Assembly (NCBI GenBank): GCA_025201805.1
Contig: MU619362.1
Span: 1 to 64,000, forward strand
DNA: 64,000 nucleotides
Reading direction: 5' to 3'
From: Parasitella parasitica NRRL 2501
Lineage: Eukaryota > Fungi > Mucoromycota
The position numbers and the translations under genes are program-made. Positions 23,961-37,705 of the stretch are shown one piece after another. Within the stretch, counting starts at the first letter, position 1; the number at the start of each line of letters is the position of its first letter. Under the pieces are notes generated by a model that was not told the origin of the DNA, searched no databases, and worked only from the letters and a program-made list of their open reading frames with translations.

Positions 23961-26037
23961 ATGGAAACTGCTGTCCGTAAAGCAACCCGCCTCGAGTACC
24001 GTCCGCCCAAGGAGAAACATTTACAAAGTAAAGCTGGCATTTTATCATTTGCTGTCCTCTGGGCATCATCTCATCATTTCTGTGTTGTATCTTTGTAGCG
24101 TTGAAGAATTTGACATTTGAGAATCCAACGAGTATCGATGGAATCTTGATGAATCTTGAAAAGAGATTGAAGGAACATTCTTGGATCGTAAGTAATCGTT
24201 GTAATGGGGCGGGGAGGGGTGGTGGTGGTGGTTGCTTTTTTTTTTTTTTTTTTTTTTTCGAATGGGATTATATCATGGCTGTATTGACGTATGTTTGTGA
24301 CACGATAGATTACATATAAGGTGCTGCTTATCCTACATTATTTAATGCGTGAGGGTAATTGTGCTCGAGTGACTGACGCCATCATCAAACATCCCAGTGT
24401 ATTGGATGCCAGCAGAATCAAGAATAAAACTCACTGTAAGTATGCAACTGGTCTTTGTACGGTGGTATCGTTATAAATGTGTGTACATGTAGCACCGGCC
24501 AATGTGCAGAATATCTACCTATACAGAGCTTACTTGGATGAAAGAATCATTGCATTCAAAAATTTGAGAGGAGATCCTGCAACGGAATCGAGGAAACATG
24601 AAGGCCGGCTTCGTTATTTACTCGTCAAGGATGGCCTATTAAAAGAGACGACTGTGTTACAGCGCCAGATGGAATCAGTGTTGAAATGCAAGGTAAAAAG
24701 AAATGGTTGTGTTTCGACAACACCCAGTGCTGACATGAGCCAAAAAGTTTCATCTCGATGACAAAGACCCGCAAATCACTCTGTTTGCTTACAAAATGGT
24801 TGTTGAAGACCTGTTGGCATTGTTTCAGTCTATAAATGAAGGCGTTGTCAACATTTTAGGTGAATATTCGAGTCATTTTAATGTGGCATGATTTGATTTT
24901 AAAACATCTGTTTAGAGCACTACTTTGAACTGAATAAAGCTAACGCCACTGATGCTTTGAAAATATACAAGACCTTTGCTCAACAAGCAGAATTGACGAT
25001 TGACTATTTGAATGAAGCAAGAAAGTTGGAAAACGATATTCAGCTGAATATTCCCCCCATCAAGCATGTAAGTACATTTGCATTTCACAAAAAGTCTTCA
25101 AGTTGTTGATTTTTTTTGCTTTTGCTTTTGCTTTTGCTTTTGCTTTTGCTTTTGCTTTTGCAATCTACACACACGGCAGGCACCGCTTTCACTTGCTGCT
25201 GCTTTAGAAGAATACTTAAATGATGGCTCGGCTGATCAAGTCGACAGTAGTAAGTCTCTATGCTTATTAGTATGGTAAATGTACGAGCTAAATACGGAAT
25301 AACTAGGCCAAGCTAAAGCTGTGCCAGGAAATACTACAATTCATCGTCAACAGCCTTCGAGGCAACAATCAACGCAACAGCCGATGCAGCAGCAGCCGAT
25401 GCAGCAGCAGCCAATGCAGCAGCAGCCAATGCAGCAACCTTTTCAAAAAGCTTACAATCAAAATTCTCCAATTCAAAACGACTCTTTTACTGCTCAACAG
25501 GCTGAAATGGACGCTGCATTCTCCAGTGCAAACAGGAAATCAACAGCATTATCACTAGCACCACAAGCATCTTTTGTCCAAAATCCATTCTTGAGTCAAT
25601 CGCTCGTGTCTCAGGCACCGGTCACTGCTAATTTCAGTTCACCGTTTGCAACAATCAATGGGCAAGGATACGCACAACCCTCGTCATCTTCAACTTTTAC
25701 AAGATCAGCTACATTTTCATCCGCAACTGCAGGACATGGTAGCAGTAACCCGTTCAGATCTATGAGCATAAACTGTTCACACGGCTATTCCGGTTGGATT
25801 GGTGCACAGCAGCAGCAGCAGCAGCAGATAGCAGTGGCCAAACCTTTCTATCAACAAGAACTACAGCCTCAAGCAACTGGTAGCAATAATCCGTTTTCAC
25901 TTGTAACGCCACCACTTTCACCTAATCCACCGTTGAACTCATACATGAACCCCCCACAACCTTCTTATTCGTCTAATCCCTTCATAACACAGCAGCAAAA
26001 TGCCAACAACAACAACAACAATCACTCTGCATTTTAG
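23961..26037 (+). CDS. ANTH-domain clathrin assembly protein (AP180/YAP180 family); multi-exon
   Basis: METAVRKATRLEYRPPKEKHL, SWI..YKVLLILHYLMREG, INEGVVNILEHYFE; low-complexity tail with four NPF motifs and PMQQQ repeats. Confidence 0.92.
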
Positions 26038-26152
26038 ACACGGGATGCTGATTCAATGACCGTTCTTTTTGTATAAACTCAAGTATTAAAAATAACTGCA
26101 ATATAATAATAATAAATACTCTTCTTTTTGTTTCTTTCTCGTCAAGCAAGAA

Positions 26153-28375
26153 ATGCTCCACGAACTGCTGTTTGTATTGCTGGGCTATCCAGGAGATGTC
26201 TTTGTACCTTATCCAGCACTGAAAAGCTCAACGTTTGCGATACCCCAGAGTTTCCCTTTGCTACACCAAACAGAACGCGGCTGTCTCAATCGACTGGGAC
26301 AGCTGGGATGGACCTATTTGCAGATAAACGACTTTGTGTCGTCTGTCAAAGACTTGAAGCTAACCACTCATGACACCAGCAAGCCCCATGGCGCATACGT
26401 TCAAGCGCTGATTACCTGTATAGAGCTCACATTGAACGACTACCGCTGCGACATCTTGGATATGGAGAAGCGCATCCTCAATAGACAAGACGAGGCTGGT
26501 GGCGACATTATACCATTAGCGCTTGTCACAGCCAACCTCAGTCATTGGGAGCTACTGTTGCCAGCATTGTACAAGTTCACACAGCTGTTGCAACGGAACC
26601 CAGCAAACTATCATGGCTGTCGACTATTTGATCTGCTGATGGATCAGGCAAGAACTGGCATTCTTGAGTTCCGTGCAGAGATTGAAAAGATGATGACACA
26701 GCTGCACAATGTACTGTACAGACAATTGACAGCGTGGATGGTGTACGGGCAGTGTGTGGACCCCGATAACGAGTTTTTCATTGTGCCTTACTCAGCAGAA
26801 GAGAGGCTCTCTACAGCAACAGCGTGGAACCGGCTCTACGTCATTGACTATGACAAAATCCCATCCCATTTATCACATTCTCTAGTAGAATCTATATTGT
26901 TTGTCGGTAAAGCCATTGCAACAGTGGATGAAATGGACAAGTTACCCATGTCCATCAGCCGGCATGACGACGATTCTATGCTGCCTTTCGAAACACAAAG
27001 ATCTCACCAACATTTGCAACATTTGCAACAGTTGCATAAAATCACAATACCGCTAGACATGAAAAAGAAGCATTTGCAGCTACTTTTATCGTTGTACTCA
27101 TCACCAGCATCAGCAAAAGAGTCAGGGTGTCTGTCGTCGCCTTGGATCAGATACCCACGGCAATTGCAAGCGATTGTAAGTCAAGTCCGAAGATCAACGG
27201 CAGACTGGCTGTTCTCTCAAGTGCTGGTTGGAGAGCATGGATTACATCGCTATCTGGACTCGTTCAGACATGTCTTTTTACTGAATTATGGAGATTTGGC
27301 GTCTAATTTTATCGACGAGTGTACGCTATGGCGACGACGATCGTTGCAAAAAAGCGACGGGATAAGCAAAATTCAAAGTAATCCAAGCAAAACTGCTATT
27401 ATCTTCAGACATCAAGAGCTGAACGCTTTGCTGGGTAAAGCCTCAATCGGCACAGCCGCAGAAGATCAGCTTCAAGGCTTCAAACTACTGCTGCAAGAAG
27501 AGCAGACAAAAAAGTATCCGTTTGCTGATCTGCTGCTGCTGGTGGATCTGCGCATGGTTCTCACATTCGACCTAGAATGGCCAATTGACCTGTTCCTCAG
27601 TAAATCTGATTTGAAAAACTATAGTCATTTGTGGTCATTTTTGATTAGTTTAAAAAACACACAAATGTCGCTGGGTAGCCTGTACCAATTGCTTCGGTGT
27701 CGTCAGGATGATGCCGGGCCTGTTGGCGCATATCACGAACGCATGGTATGGAGGACAAGGACTTTGATGCTTTTTTGGGTGGATACAATGTGGAATCATG
27801 TTCAGGTACATGCATGCATGCAGTCAATGACGTATACTAGTATTGACAGCAGAACATAGTCTCAAGTAATAGATGTGCATTACCAAAAGCTCACTTCAAG
27901 CACAAGCACAAGCACAAGCACATCTAGCGAGCCAACTGCAACCAGGAGGAAAGCGTGGCAGTCAAAGCCTAAACTCGATTTTGACGAAATCCAAGCAGCA
28001 CATGAGCACTTTTTGCGTGACACTATGAGAGGATGCTTACTCATGTCGAGCGACTGTGTGGCTACAATGCATGATATGCTACAGAGCTGTTTAGAATTTT
28101 GTGACCTGATGGAAACAATATCCCAGGATGGTCGTTGGAGGACAAATAAAAGGCGCAAAACAGCAGCAAAAACAGCGACCGAGATTGTTAATCAGTGGAC
28201 AAAAGCAACCACAGTTTCCTGGATGGAGGATGTTGTTTTACTGCAGGAAAGATTCAATGAATTGGCAGAAAGGTTCTTTGTGCTGACATCGTCTCAGCAA
28301 CCCGATGTCAAAGCTAGCGGTCAGCTGGATGTTCTGTTGATGCAGTTAGACTTTAATAAATGGTTTTCCAAGTAA
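26153..28375 (+). CDS. TUBGCP4: Gamma-tubulin complex component, GCP4-like (Spc97/Spc98 family); 2 exons
   Basis: MLHELLFVLLGYPGDVF N-terminus, LYRQLTAWMVYG, SILFVGKA, WPIDLF, LLMQLDFNKWFS. Confidence 0.9.
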
Positions 28376-28495
28376 TTCACATATACTCACGTGCCATCTA
28401 CTTGGCCTCCCGCCACTCAACTTTTTATCGCGTACTACTTGCAAAAACCTCTCCCCCCTCCCCTCCCTCCTTTCCCTCAAAAAAAAAAAAAAAAC

Positions 28496-29782
28496 ATGGC
28501 AGACAAAGATAAACATCAGGCCGAGAATAGTCTTTCAGAAGCTGAAAAGTTTCTTGAATCTTTGAACTTGCCTGATTCACAAAATCAGGAAGTGGATGAG
28601 CAAAAAACAAAGACAGACCCAAACGATATCATGTCTTTTCTTGACGAAATATCGAATTATCCAACTCAAGACGATGCAACCGAGGAGAGCAAGAATGAAG
28701 CTCAACAAGAAAGCGACCCAAAAGAAGCCAATTCTTTTCAAACATCAGAAACGAAAGGTCAGGCACAGGCACAGGCACAAACACAAACACAAAAACAAGC
28801 ACAAGCACAAGCACAAGCACAAACACAAGCACAAGCACAAGCACAAGCACTAGCACAGACGCAGCATGAACATTCATCGCCTCAACAGCAGGAACAAGAA
28901 AACAGCTGGAAATCTTGGGGAAACAGCTTCTGGAGCCAAGCCAGTGCAGCTGTAAAGACAACTACAGAGCAGATCAACCGCTCCGTTGCATCAGAATCTG
29001 CCACAAAACTGCTCGAGAGCCGTGTCAAAACATTGCAAAGCTTTGTGAACAAAGAAAACATTGAGAAATTGGGCACTGGGCTCAAGAATCTGACAACCAC
29101 ATTTTTAGAAACGGTTGCTCCGCCTATTTCAGAGCATGAATTGGTCGAGGTCTGGTTGGCCTATGATATGGTTGGATATACTGGGTTGGAAGCCCTCGTT
29201 TATCGAGCATTTGCCCGAGTCATGGAGCACACAGAATCAGGACAAGTCGTCGTGCGCAATCCCAACAGTGATGATTCGAGCAATAGTACAGACATGGATC
29301 CTACTCACCGCGATCTGAACATGTGCGACTCTATCATCGATGGCACCAAGCTTGCAAAAGCAAACATTGACCATTTGATTAAGCAGCATTTTGTACCAGA
29401 GGAAAAGAGGCAGGGAGAAACCTTCCACCCTCAATCAGGCGCTGTTCCAGTCATTCAGTGTCCTGTCTTTATGGCTATTCAGCCAGTTAAAATCGTCATG
29501 GCACCTATTGACGACCATGATACAGAGCAGCATCAAGTCAGCTTCATCATCCTCATGGTGGACCCTACGCACCACCTGAAATTCAAGACATATTCTCAAT
29601 CTTTGCCCCTAAGCTGGTTGGACATCCCCTACGAAGAAAACGAGTGGGTCGAGGATAAAATGGTAGACATTATTGGCATGTCTGTCACTTCAATTGCTCA
29701 GGATTATGTCTGGACCCGTATGTCTGGTAATACCACTAGTACAGCTATCCCAACGGAAAGTGATCAAGTACAAGAGGTCTAA
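28496..29782 (+). CDS. MTC1: MTC1-like (maintenance of telomere capping 1) protein with a QA repeat
   Basis: SWGNSFWSQASAAV, LETVAPPISEHE, YDMVGY.GLEALVYRAFARVME, YSQSLP..W, AQDYV. Confidence 0.85.
   Translation: MADKDKHQAENSLSEAEKFLESLNLPDSQNQEVDEQKTKTDPNDIMSFLDEISNYPTQDDATEESKNEAQQESDPKEANSFQTSETKGQAQAQAQTQTQKQAQAQAQAQTQAQAQAQALAQTQHEHSSPQQQEQENSWKSWGNSFWSQASAAVKTTTEQINRSVASESATKLLESRVKTLQSFVNKENIEKLGTGLKNLTTTFLETVAPPISEHELVEVWLAYDMVGYTGLEALVYRAFARVMEHTESGQVVVRNPNSDDSSNSTDMDPTHRDLNMCDSIIDGTKLAKANIDHLIKQHFVPEEKRQGETFHPQSGAVPVIQCPVFMAIQPVKIVMAPIDDHDTEQHQVSFIILMVDPTHHLKFKTYSQSLPLSWLDIPYEENEWVEDKMVDIIGMSVTSIAQDYVWTRMSGNTTSTAIPTESDQVQEV
28760..28850 (+). repeat. Coding hexamer repeat (CAAGCA-type) encoding QA/QT
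   Basis: caggcacaggcacaggcacaaacacaaaca...caagcacaagca. Confidence 0.95.
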
Positions 29783-30296
29783 TACTTGTTTTATTTTATT
29801 TTTTCTTTTTGTTTGTAAAGTAATAAATGCGCCCGTGCATGGCAAGCAGATTTATGTAGCCAATGCATTATTTTCAATATCCATAAACATGTACATCGTG
29901 TGTGTCTTTAGGTTTAGCCGAAAAACAAACGTTAGCCTGAGAAGTACATTGTTTATGGAAAAATCTTCATTATATAATGCATTTTTCCTGTGTAAATTTC
30001 TGGAATTACCAAGCTACCTTTTCCCACAATGGTAAAGTGTTTGCAGAGAGCTGTCATGAATCGATAGAATCATCATGTATAGAGAAAACAAAGGTTTCAT
30101 CAGATTGGCAAAACAAATACACCAACAAGCAGAGGCCAATTGCGAATGGAGAAATAAGCAAAAAAAAAAAAAAAAAAAGTGTCAATGCATCGCAAGGTTT
30201 GTCCAACCTTATGCAAGATTACTTTTGTGTATAAAAAGGGAGGAAAAGATGGGTGTTTCATACTATTTTCTCTCTCTTTCCTATATTTTTCTTAAT

Positions 30297-31445
30297 ATGC
30301 TGGCATCTGATTCTTTCTCAAATTTAAAAGGCAAAGTTGCTGTTCTTACTGGCGCCAGTCGTGGTATTGGTAAAGCCATCGCTGACGTTTTGGTTGAACA
30401 TGGCGCCTTTGTTGTCATTGGTGATATTTTGGAAGCAGAAGGAGAGCAAGTTGTTGCTGATTACAACGCCAAGGCCGGCACCAAAGTAGCTGCTTTTATT
30501 CGTACCGACGTAACAAAATACAGTGATAACCAGGCCCTTTTCAAACTAGCAGACGCTGAATTTGGTGGTGTTGATGTAAGTACTTTTTAGTCGGCCCTTC
30601 AGCGAAACGCTCCTTTGACATTCTGTTGTGTCTTTAGTATGCCTTGCTGAATGCTGGCATTGGCTCCAACGCAAACTCGATGTTCACCGAGATGGATGAT
30701 GAGCTGGAAGAAAGAATGATTGATATCAATACCACGGCTGTCATCAAGGGGACAAAGGTAGCCCTTTTGCATATGTCTAAGCGAGGCGGTGGATCTATTG
30801 TCCATCTGGCCTCTGTTGCAGGCTTCTTTTCTTCGCCGTAAGTCTATGATACAATCACCAGGTATGCATAATGTCTGACAAAACCTTGTAAATGAAAAAG
30901 GAGCCTTGCTAGTTATAACGCTTCCAAGCATGGTGTTATTGGTTACACTCGCTCCTTCCAACTAATGCCACATATCTGCAATGTTCGTGTCAATGCTATT
31001 TGCCCATACTGGGTTGGTAAGGATGATACATTTGAAACACACACATACACACGCACACACGCTAATTTATCATTTAGAAACTGATTTGATCTCATCTGTG
31101 AAAAGCACAGGAGAGGAAGAGGATCCCTATTATAATGTTATTCAGAATTCTCCTCGCACCTCAATTAAAACTGTCATTGACGGCTTCTTGACATTGGTGT
31201 TGGATGAAGCAAGAAACAGTAAGCATCAAATGTACTGCTACATAGCCATTTGAGCTAATTTTGCTCCACATATAGCTCAGACATTGATGGCTGTTCCCGA
31301 GGGTCTAAAAGTTATGGAGCCCTTGGTACCATTAGCCTCTTTCAGCAATGAGAAGACCGCACAACTGCAAGAGAAATATTTGGCTGCTGCAATTCAAAGT
31401 GGCAGAACCCAGCTCGCTGCAGCAATCGAAAGATACGGCATCTAA
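30297..31445 (+). CDS. Short-chain dehydrogenase/reductase (15-PGDH-like); multi-exon
   Basis: TGASRGIG, LNAGI, GGSIVHLASVAG, YNASKHG (YxxxK), VRVNAICP. Confidence 0.93.
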
Positions 31446-33037
31446 CAAGCTTCAAGAACTAATGAAAAAAAAAAGGCTATGGTATTGAATAAGCAAAAGA
31501 GACTTATCAAATAGGCCTTAGTTAGCGCAGGCATCCTGATTTATCGTTCAAATGCATTAAAGCTTTTTTTTTTTTTTTTTTTTTTTTTTTNNNNNNNNNN
31601 TTTTATCCGATCAACTGCGTGGTTGAACTTGAGCGCCAACATAGTGGATAAATGTAGCTTACATTTTTAGTTTAAAGAAGCCCAAGTTTGATCAGATGCA
31701 AATTCACCAAACAAAAGGCACTTTTAAATGTGATGATTTGCAACACACTCATTTTACCATCAGAAATCAAATGTGCTTTCGTAGATTTACGATTGATCTT
31801 GCTTGTGAAATCAACAGAATGATATGCCCTGACTTTTCTAAAAAGTCAATGATCACAAACTAAAGGAACGACACGTTTCTGTGCTAGGAGTAGTGTTTTA
31901 AACCGCATTTTTAGTTGTGTTGAAATACAATGCAATTGAATAAATTATTTGAAAATGTATTTATAGTCTAAATGTATCAATTGCGGCTGTTTTAGCCGAG
32001 CAGTAGCACTGTGCATGTATTTTTATACCGAGAAAACGTTAAGCAGGAGGTGCAAAGATTCATTAGTATTAGCAAATGATCAATTCCCCCCCCCCCCAAA
32101 AGGCATGTAAGAAAGAAAGAAGGAGGGTCCGTAGAAACACTCAAAGAATCACTCAAAGAAGCCATGCAAAGCATTTACAGTAATGTTCTACGAGATGTAT
32201 GAACATGCTCATCACGGTTGCTCGTTAGTGTATTTTTCTTTACAAATATACCAAGGTAATGATCATATAAAGACTGTATATTTGGGAAAGTTTAAATTGT
32301 ATAATTTCACTAGTCCAAGATTGAATATTTCCCTCCCTTGCCTCTTATTACCACTCGTAGTAATCAAGCTCTCTTTTCTATATAAAATGTATAAATCCTC
32401 GAGAATATTTTGTCTCCTCTCTTGCTTCGAGAGGAGGAGAAGAAGGGGGAGGTAATTTTATATTAATTCCAAGGGCTTGTATATACAATAGTCTTTTTTT
32501 TTCTTTCTTTAAATGACAAAAGAACGATATGCATTTATACGTTGACGAGAAGAGGGTACTGTATATATCAACGATCATTTATATTGATATTTTCGAACAA
32601 TGAAAAATATGCGGATCAGCTGATGTGCATAGTATAAGGCAATTACGAGCATGTAATATGCATATAATTCAATTGTAACTAATCTCCAGTGGCAAATTCC
32701 ATATTAATCAATATTTTAAGGAGCTTTTGGATTTTTGGATACAATCAATAAAGTTACGTTCGAAATCTGGTTATTGCCATAAACATATCAAGCACGTTGC
32801 AGCATGCTTGATTCGCATATTGAAGATGAATATATATAGCTTTACTATTACCAGATGCTCCCCCTGTCTTTTCAATTCTTTATATTCAAATAAAACGTGC
32901 ATTTTTACTGTTTGTATTCTTTCACAGCCTCCTGAAAACTGACATTTCTGATCTCGTCAAGTATAAAAACTTTTTCATTTTCAAGCTTTCCTTCCCTCCT
33001 CTCCCTTCCATTTCTTAAATATTTTATTATACTTGCA

Positions 33038-33765
33038 ATGAAATTCTTATTGATTGCGTACATTTTTACATTCCTCTTTACATTTTCCAAAGCTGCAAAT
33101 AGCACGCCATTCGGTAGACGTGGTGTTGCACGTATCATGGATCCGAGCCAGTATGGCGGCATTAACAGTAATAGTTTAGACAAAAGACACAGAGTCACCT
33201 GGTTAGTTTGCTTGATTTGCAGCTGTTGGCAGTAACTGACTCTATTTATACAGGTACTCTGGTAATGATCTTAAAAAGGCTGCTTGTTACTCTGGCAGAA
33301 ACAACTTGCCCCGTGTTGATGCCAAGATTACAGACATGATTGGAGCCATGGTAAGCCTTTTTTTTTTTTTTTTTACCAACTCAATTAATCAACAAACCTG
33401 ATTGATTTTTTTCAATCGCAATACTGATGTATATCATGCTTTTTTTTTTTTTTTTTTTTTATAGTAAGCTTGACAGTTAGACTTACATGAAAACCACCAT
33501 GTTCTTTTAGGCAATGCATAATTTTGAGCAGTGTTACAAGTGCATGGAAATCACAAACAACCGCCAGAAGCACAAAAAGATTATCGTCAAGATCATTGAC
33601 TTGTGCGCAGCATGCAAGGTTGGAAAAGCAATCGACTTGACCCCAACAGCCTTCAAAAAACTTGCTCCTCAAGGAGATTTGGATATTGGTGTACTTGATA
33701 TTAGTTTCAGGCCTGTGAAATGCCCCAAGGGTGGTATATTTGACGTACTTAGCAAGATCTTGTAA
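33038..33765 (+). CDS. Secreted RlpA-like double-psi beta-barrel (expansin/loosenin-like) protein; 3 exons
   Basis: Signal peptide, a dibasic KR site, CYKCMEI..VKIIDLCAAC..AIDLTPTAFKKLA..GVLDISF. Confidence 0.88.
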
Positions 33766-34746
33766 GCCCACATGTTATTTGTTGATAATTCATCGTTCGG
33801 TTTATTCGTTGTAACATCTGTTATTTTAACATTGTTGTAAAATCAAAATCTACTACATATCCATGCACACCATACCAAATATAATAAACAACATCTGTTA
33901 CCTCTTAGAATCAGATATATCCTTATAGCTGCTTTTCTTCATCACTCTAAACCACATAACGTACACACAGTGGAACATGTGTTTATTGCTATTTCAAATT
34001 TAAATGACTTTCCAAGATAATCAATATTCTTTTGAGGAGCCTCTCTATGGCGAACCAGTGGTATGTCAAGGGGAATGCTTGCAAAAAGACCGTAAAACAA
34101 CTATTGCCATTGGGGCACGCAAGCTTCCAAATGTACCAATTGTTATCCAGAATTATGTCCAGAATCCCGATCTGCGCACCCCCATAAGAACGAAGGTCGA
34201 ATTTTTCACCGTAGCTCGGTGTGTGTGTGGGGGGGGGTAGATTACAGCCCACGTCTTGTGCGTTTTTCTACACATGTGATTGATTTTGCACTCGAAATTT
34301 CGCTTACATTGAGACTGCCATTAGGACAAATTTAATTTGAAAGTAATCTAAAGATGGATAAAATCAGACAAGTATAGATGAAGCCACTACCAGAACAAAT
34401 ATACAGGGAATCCGAGATTGCGCTAATCCAATGGGTGTAGCTGGCTTTGGCGCGCAAAATACTTTTTAGATGCAACCATGTACCGTACGTCATGTTCAAT
34501 ACAATCGGAAACAAACGGCGCGACCACGATGTTAAATAGTATCAAGGCGTTGGTTCGTTCGTATTCAGGGTTCCAGACTCGATTATGTAAACGCAAACAA
34601 AGTTTTCATTGGTGTAGCTGATGATGTTGGTGCTTCGAGTGATTTTATGTCACAAAAAGGGAATGATACTGTACAATACTAATGTTTTATTTCAATTGAT
34701 GTAAGGAGGCTGTTTTCTATCTGTATGTTATGAGTCTCAAGTGGAA

Positions 34747-35293
34747 TTAATTAATGCGTTGGCGCATAAAGACATGCACATGAGGCAATTTACGAACGCT
34801 TTGAATTTCTGGTGGGTTTACAAAATACACCCACTCGTACTGCTTGTGTCCATAGTTTGATTCCAAAATGTGTTCAATGTAGTCTCTAGAAAGAGGAATT
34901 TGGGACCAGAGCAGGATGTGCTGGATACCTGCCTCTACCGAATAAGGGAAATCATTGGGGAGGATGACGACAGGTGGGCGATTCCTATCTTGAATAGGCT
35001 CGAAGCGCAGCTTTGTAGAGAGGAGGTAGTTTTCAATAGAGCCATATTTGCTCAGTGTATCCTCCATCCATTGGTTGTAGACAGCTTGGACTTGCTTGCT
35101 GCGATGAATCGACTTGATTTGATTTGTAGCTGTTTCGAGGGTGCTGGTGTTAATATGCAATGCAAATGTAATGTACCAGATGCTTACAAACATAATAGTG
35201 GACCTCGTCCCAAGTGAATACTTGATCTTGATCGTGTTTTGAGGGAGTGGCTAAACCAGATGTACGAGCAGCAAGAACAACGTTTGGCGGCAT
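34747..35293 (-). CDS. DUF3605 (Gig1-like) protein
   Basis: LPNDFPY, HILLWS, FVNPPEIQSVRKLPHVHVF. The 5' exon structure is uncertain. Confidence 0.8.
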
Positions 35294-35598
35294 ATTTTGA
35301 AGCTAGTCTATGATAGTTGAAAGAAAAGAGCAGGGCTAGCAAAATTAAGGGTCCATCCGTTTTTATATATGCGATAATGAGTGGGTCAACGTTTTTGCAT
35401 TAAACGTCATTGGACTACACTGTCATGCAAGCAAACCAATATAAACCCTGCTTCTGCTTACCAAAATTGGAAAACCTCATAAGCACGCCCCCTTCTCTCT
35501 CTCTCTCTCACTCTCTCTCTTCTTTTTAGCTTCTTTTTTTCTTTTTCTTTCCACACAATAAATGGCATCATCGCATTTTCACAAGAAAGGTACCCAAG

Positions 35599-37705
35599 AT
35601 GAGTATATACAGCAACTACTAGCACTGTTTCCAAGAGGAGGTAAATTCGTTGCGCTATGCATATGTGTGTATTTGATGACAGCTGGAAAGATTCACAGCG
35701 CAAATCAATAGATCCAGACTATTTTCGCCATTGCCTCGAATACTATAAACAGAATCCAGTTGAAAGAATCACGGAGAAAATCCTGGTCGATTTAGGCGGT
35801 CATTATCCACAGATACCAGTGCCCCAGCAGCCACATGATAACCGATTAAATTCGTGCCTACGTATACTCGCCCTCGACATATTTCCAGGCTGCGATATTA
35901 GTTTTTTGAGGGAGCAGTTACTGCAGTGTCAATTTGCTCATGTCGAGAGCGTAGTGGATGTTTTGCTGGAAAAGGGCAATAAATGGCCAGAGAGGTTGAA
36001 TTATGGCAAAATGGATTCTTCCGAAGGAATTAGAAGCGAGAAGTACAAACGCCAGGCTCAACTGCAACTGACAAAGGATTATCCGCAGGTAAGAAAGCAA
36101 CAGCCATACGCTGTGCCCATCGTTCTCTCAGCACTCGTGTATTTATTTATATAATATACATATATATATATGTGTATATACAGGTTTGGAAGTCGTCTAT
36201 TCGAGCTGTGCTGGCAGAAAATAATTGGGATTATATTCACAGTTTCGATCAGCTCAAGGAGATGGGATCAGGTGGATTTTGGAATACGCTGCGGAACCTT
36301 CTCATGCATTGGTCAACAACAAGCAGTCTGCCTGCACATGGCCCAATTTCGGATCATGACTTATTGGAGCAATTGAAACAAATAAATCAACGCAGTATTG
36401 ATTTGCAAATCCTGGACGACAAAAATTTAGCACTGAAAATCAATCTAATCGAATACACAGATAATCAGCAGCTGATGGCCTGTGATTGTTGCTATGGGGA
36501 CCTCACTTTTGAGCAGCTTTCATTTTGCACAGAAGGGAGCCATGCATTCTGTCATGACTGTATCAATCACTACATGTCGGAGGGACTATTTGGCCAAGGT
36601 GCATTGCGGGGCCAATCACGTATTCAGTGCATTTCTTCAACAGTCGACTGTCAGGGCTGCTTACCTACACAAATGTTACAACGTGTGGTGAGCCAAGACG
36701 TTTGGAAGGCTTACGAGAATGCATTGTTGGAAAATTGCCACCGTCTTGACGAGCAACGTATCCAATGCTGCGGCTGCTCCTACTTTGAGCTAGATAAATC
36801 CACAAAACCTCTGCATTCCACATTAGTCTATGCAAATCACGCAATACAGCATATAGCTCGATGGATCATGGTAGTTGAAATATTGGCCTTTAGTTTTGTA
36901 GCGTACAAAGAAGATAACCTTTCTCTTCTTTTTCTTGCTTCATCATTGCTATCATTACTCATTCAATCGATTTGTTTCCATCAGTGGGACCTGAAGAATG
37001 ACTTGGAAATTGCGTATGCCAGAGTAGCTCGATCAAGACGAGGTGTTTCGTTTGTGTGTCAAAATCCAGCTTGTAGAACCATCACATGCTTGGATTGCCG
37101 CCGTCCTATGCGGGGGCCACATAAATGCTGGGAAAAAGAAACGGATGGTCTTCGACTCTATGTAGAAAAGGCTATGGCAGATGCAGTGAAGCGCACAGTA
37201 AGCAAAATTTCTATCGTAGGGCTCTTATTGCAATCATATATATATCTATATATCTACATTTATATCTAGTGTCCGAATTGCTCATTGTCGTTTCAAAAAT
37301 CGGATGGCTGCAACAAAATTGTGTGCCGGTGTGGTTATGCAATGTGCTATGTCTGCAGAAAAGACATTGCAAAAGGTACATATCGACTCTTTGTCCAAAA
37401 TGAATGACGACTTAATCCAAATAATAGAATCCTACTCCCATTTTTGTCAGCATTTTCGTTATAGACCTGGCACAAAATGCGTTCAATGCAGCAAATGTGA
37501 TTTATACAAGACAGATCCTGAGGATGAACTCGTTCAGCGTGCGTCTGCAAGAGCCAAGAAGCAGTATCTTCAGGCGCATCCTCAAGTGGCAAATCAGGCA
37601 AATCGCAATCGCATTGGACCCAAAAGTGCCGTTGATAAAATTGTAGAATACAAGCAAACGTATGTATTATGGTGTTTGGAAAAAGTGCTTGATTTGGTAG
37701 TGTAA
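35599..37705 (+). CDS. RBR E3 ubiquitin ligase, RNF216/TRIAD3-like; multi-exon
   Basis: RING1 CDCCY..C.EGSHAFCHDC; IBR C..C...CQNPAC..TCLDCRR..HKC; RING2 CPNC...FQKSDGCNKIVCRCGYAMCYVCR. Confidence 0.9.

Noticed and set aside
28391-28495. N-terminal extension of MTC1 in the ORF track
   Set aside because: Non-ATG start and a poly-A-derived Lys run; the ATG at 28496 is more plausible.
28596-28961. HKHKHK and VLVLVL ORFs
   Set aside because: Alternate-frame and antisense readings of the MTC1 hexamer repeat.
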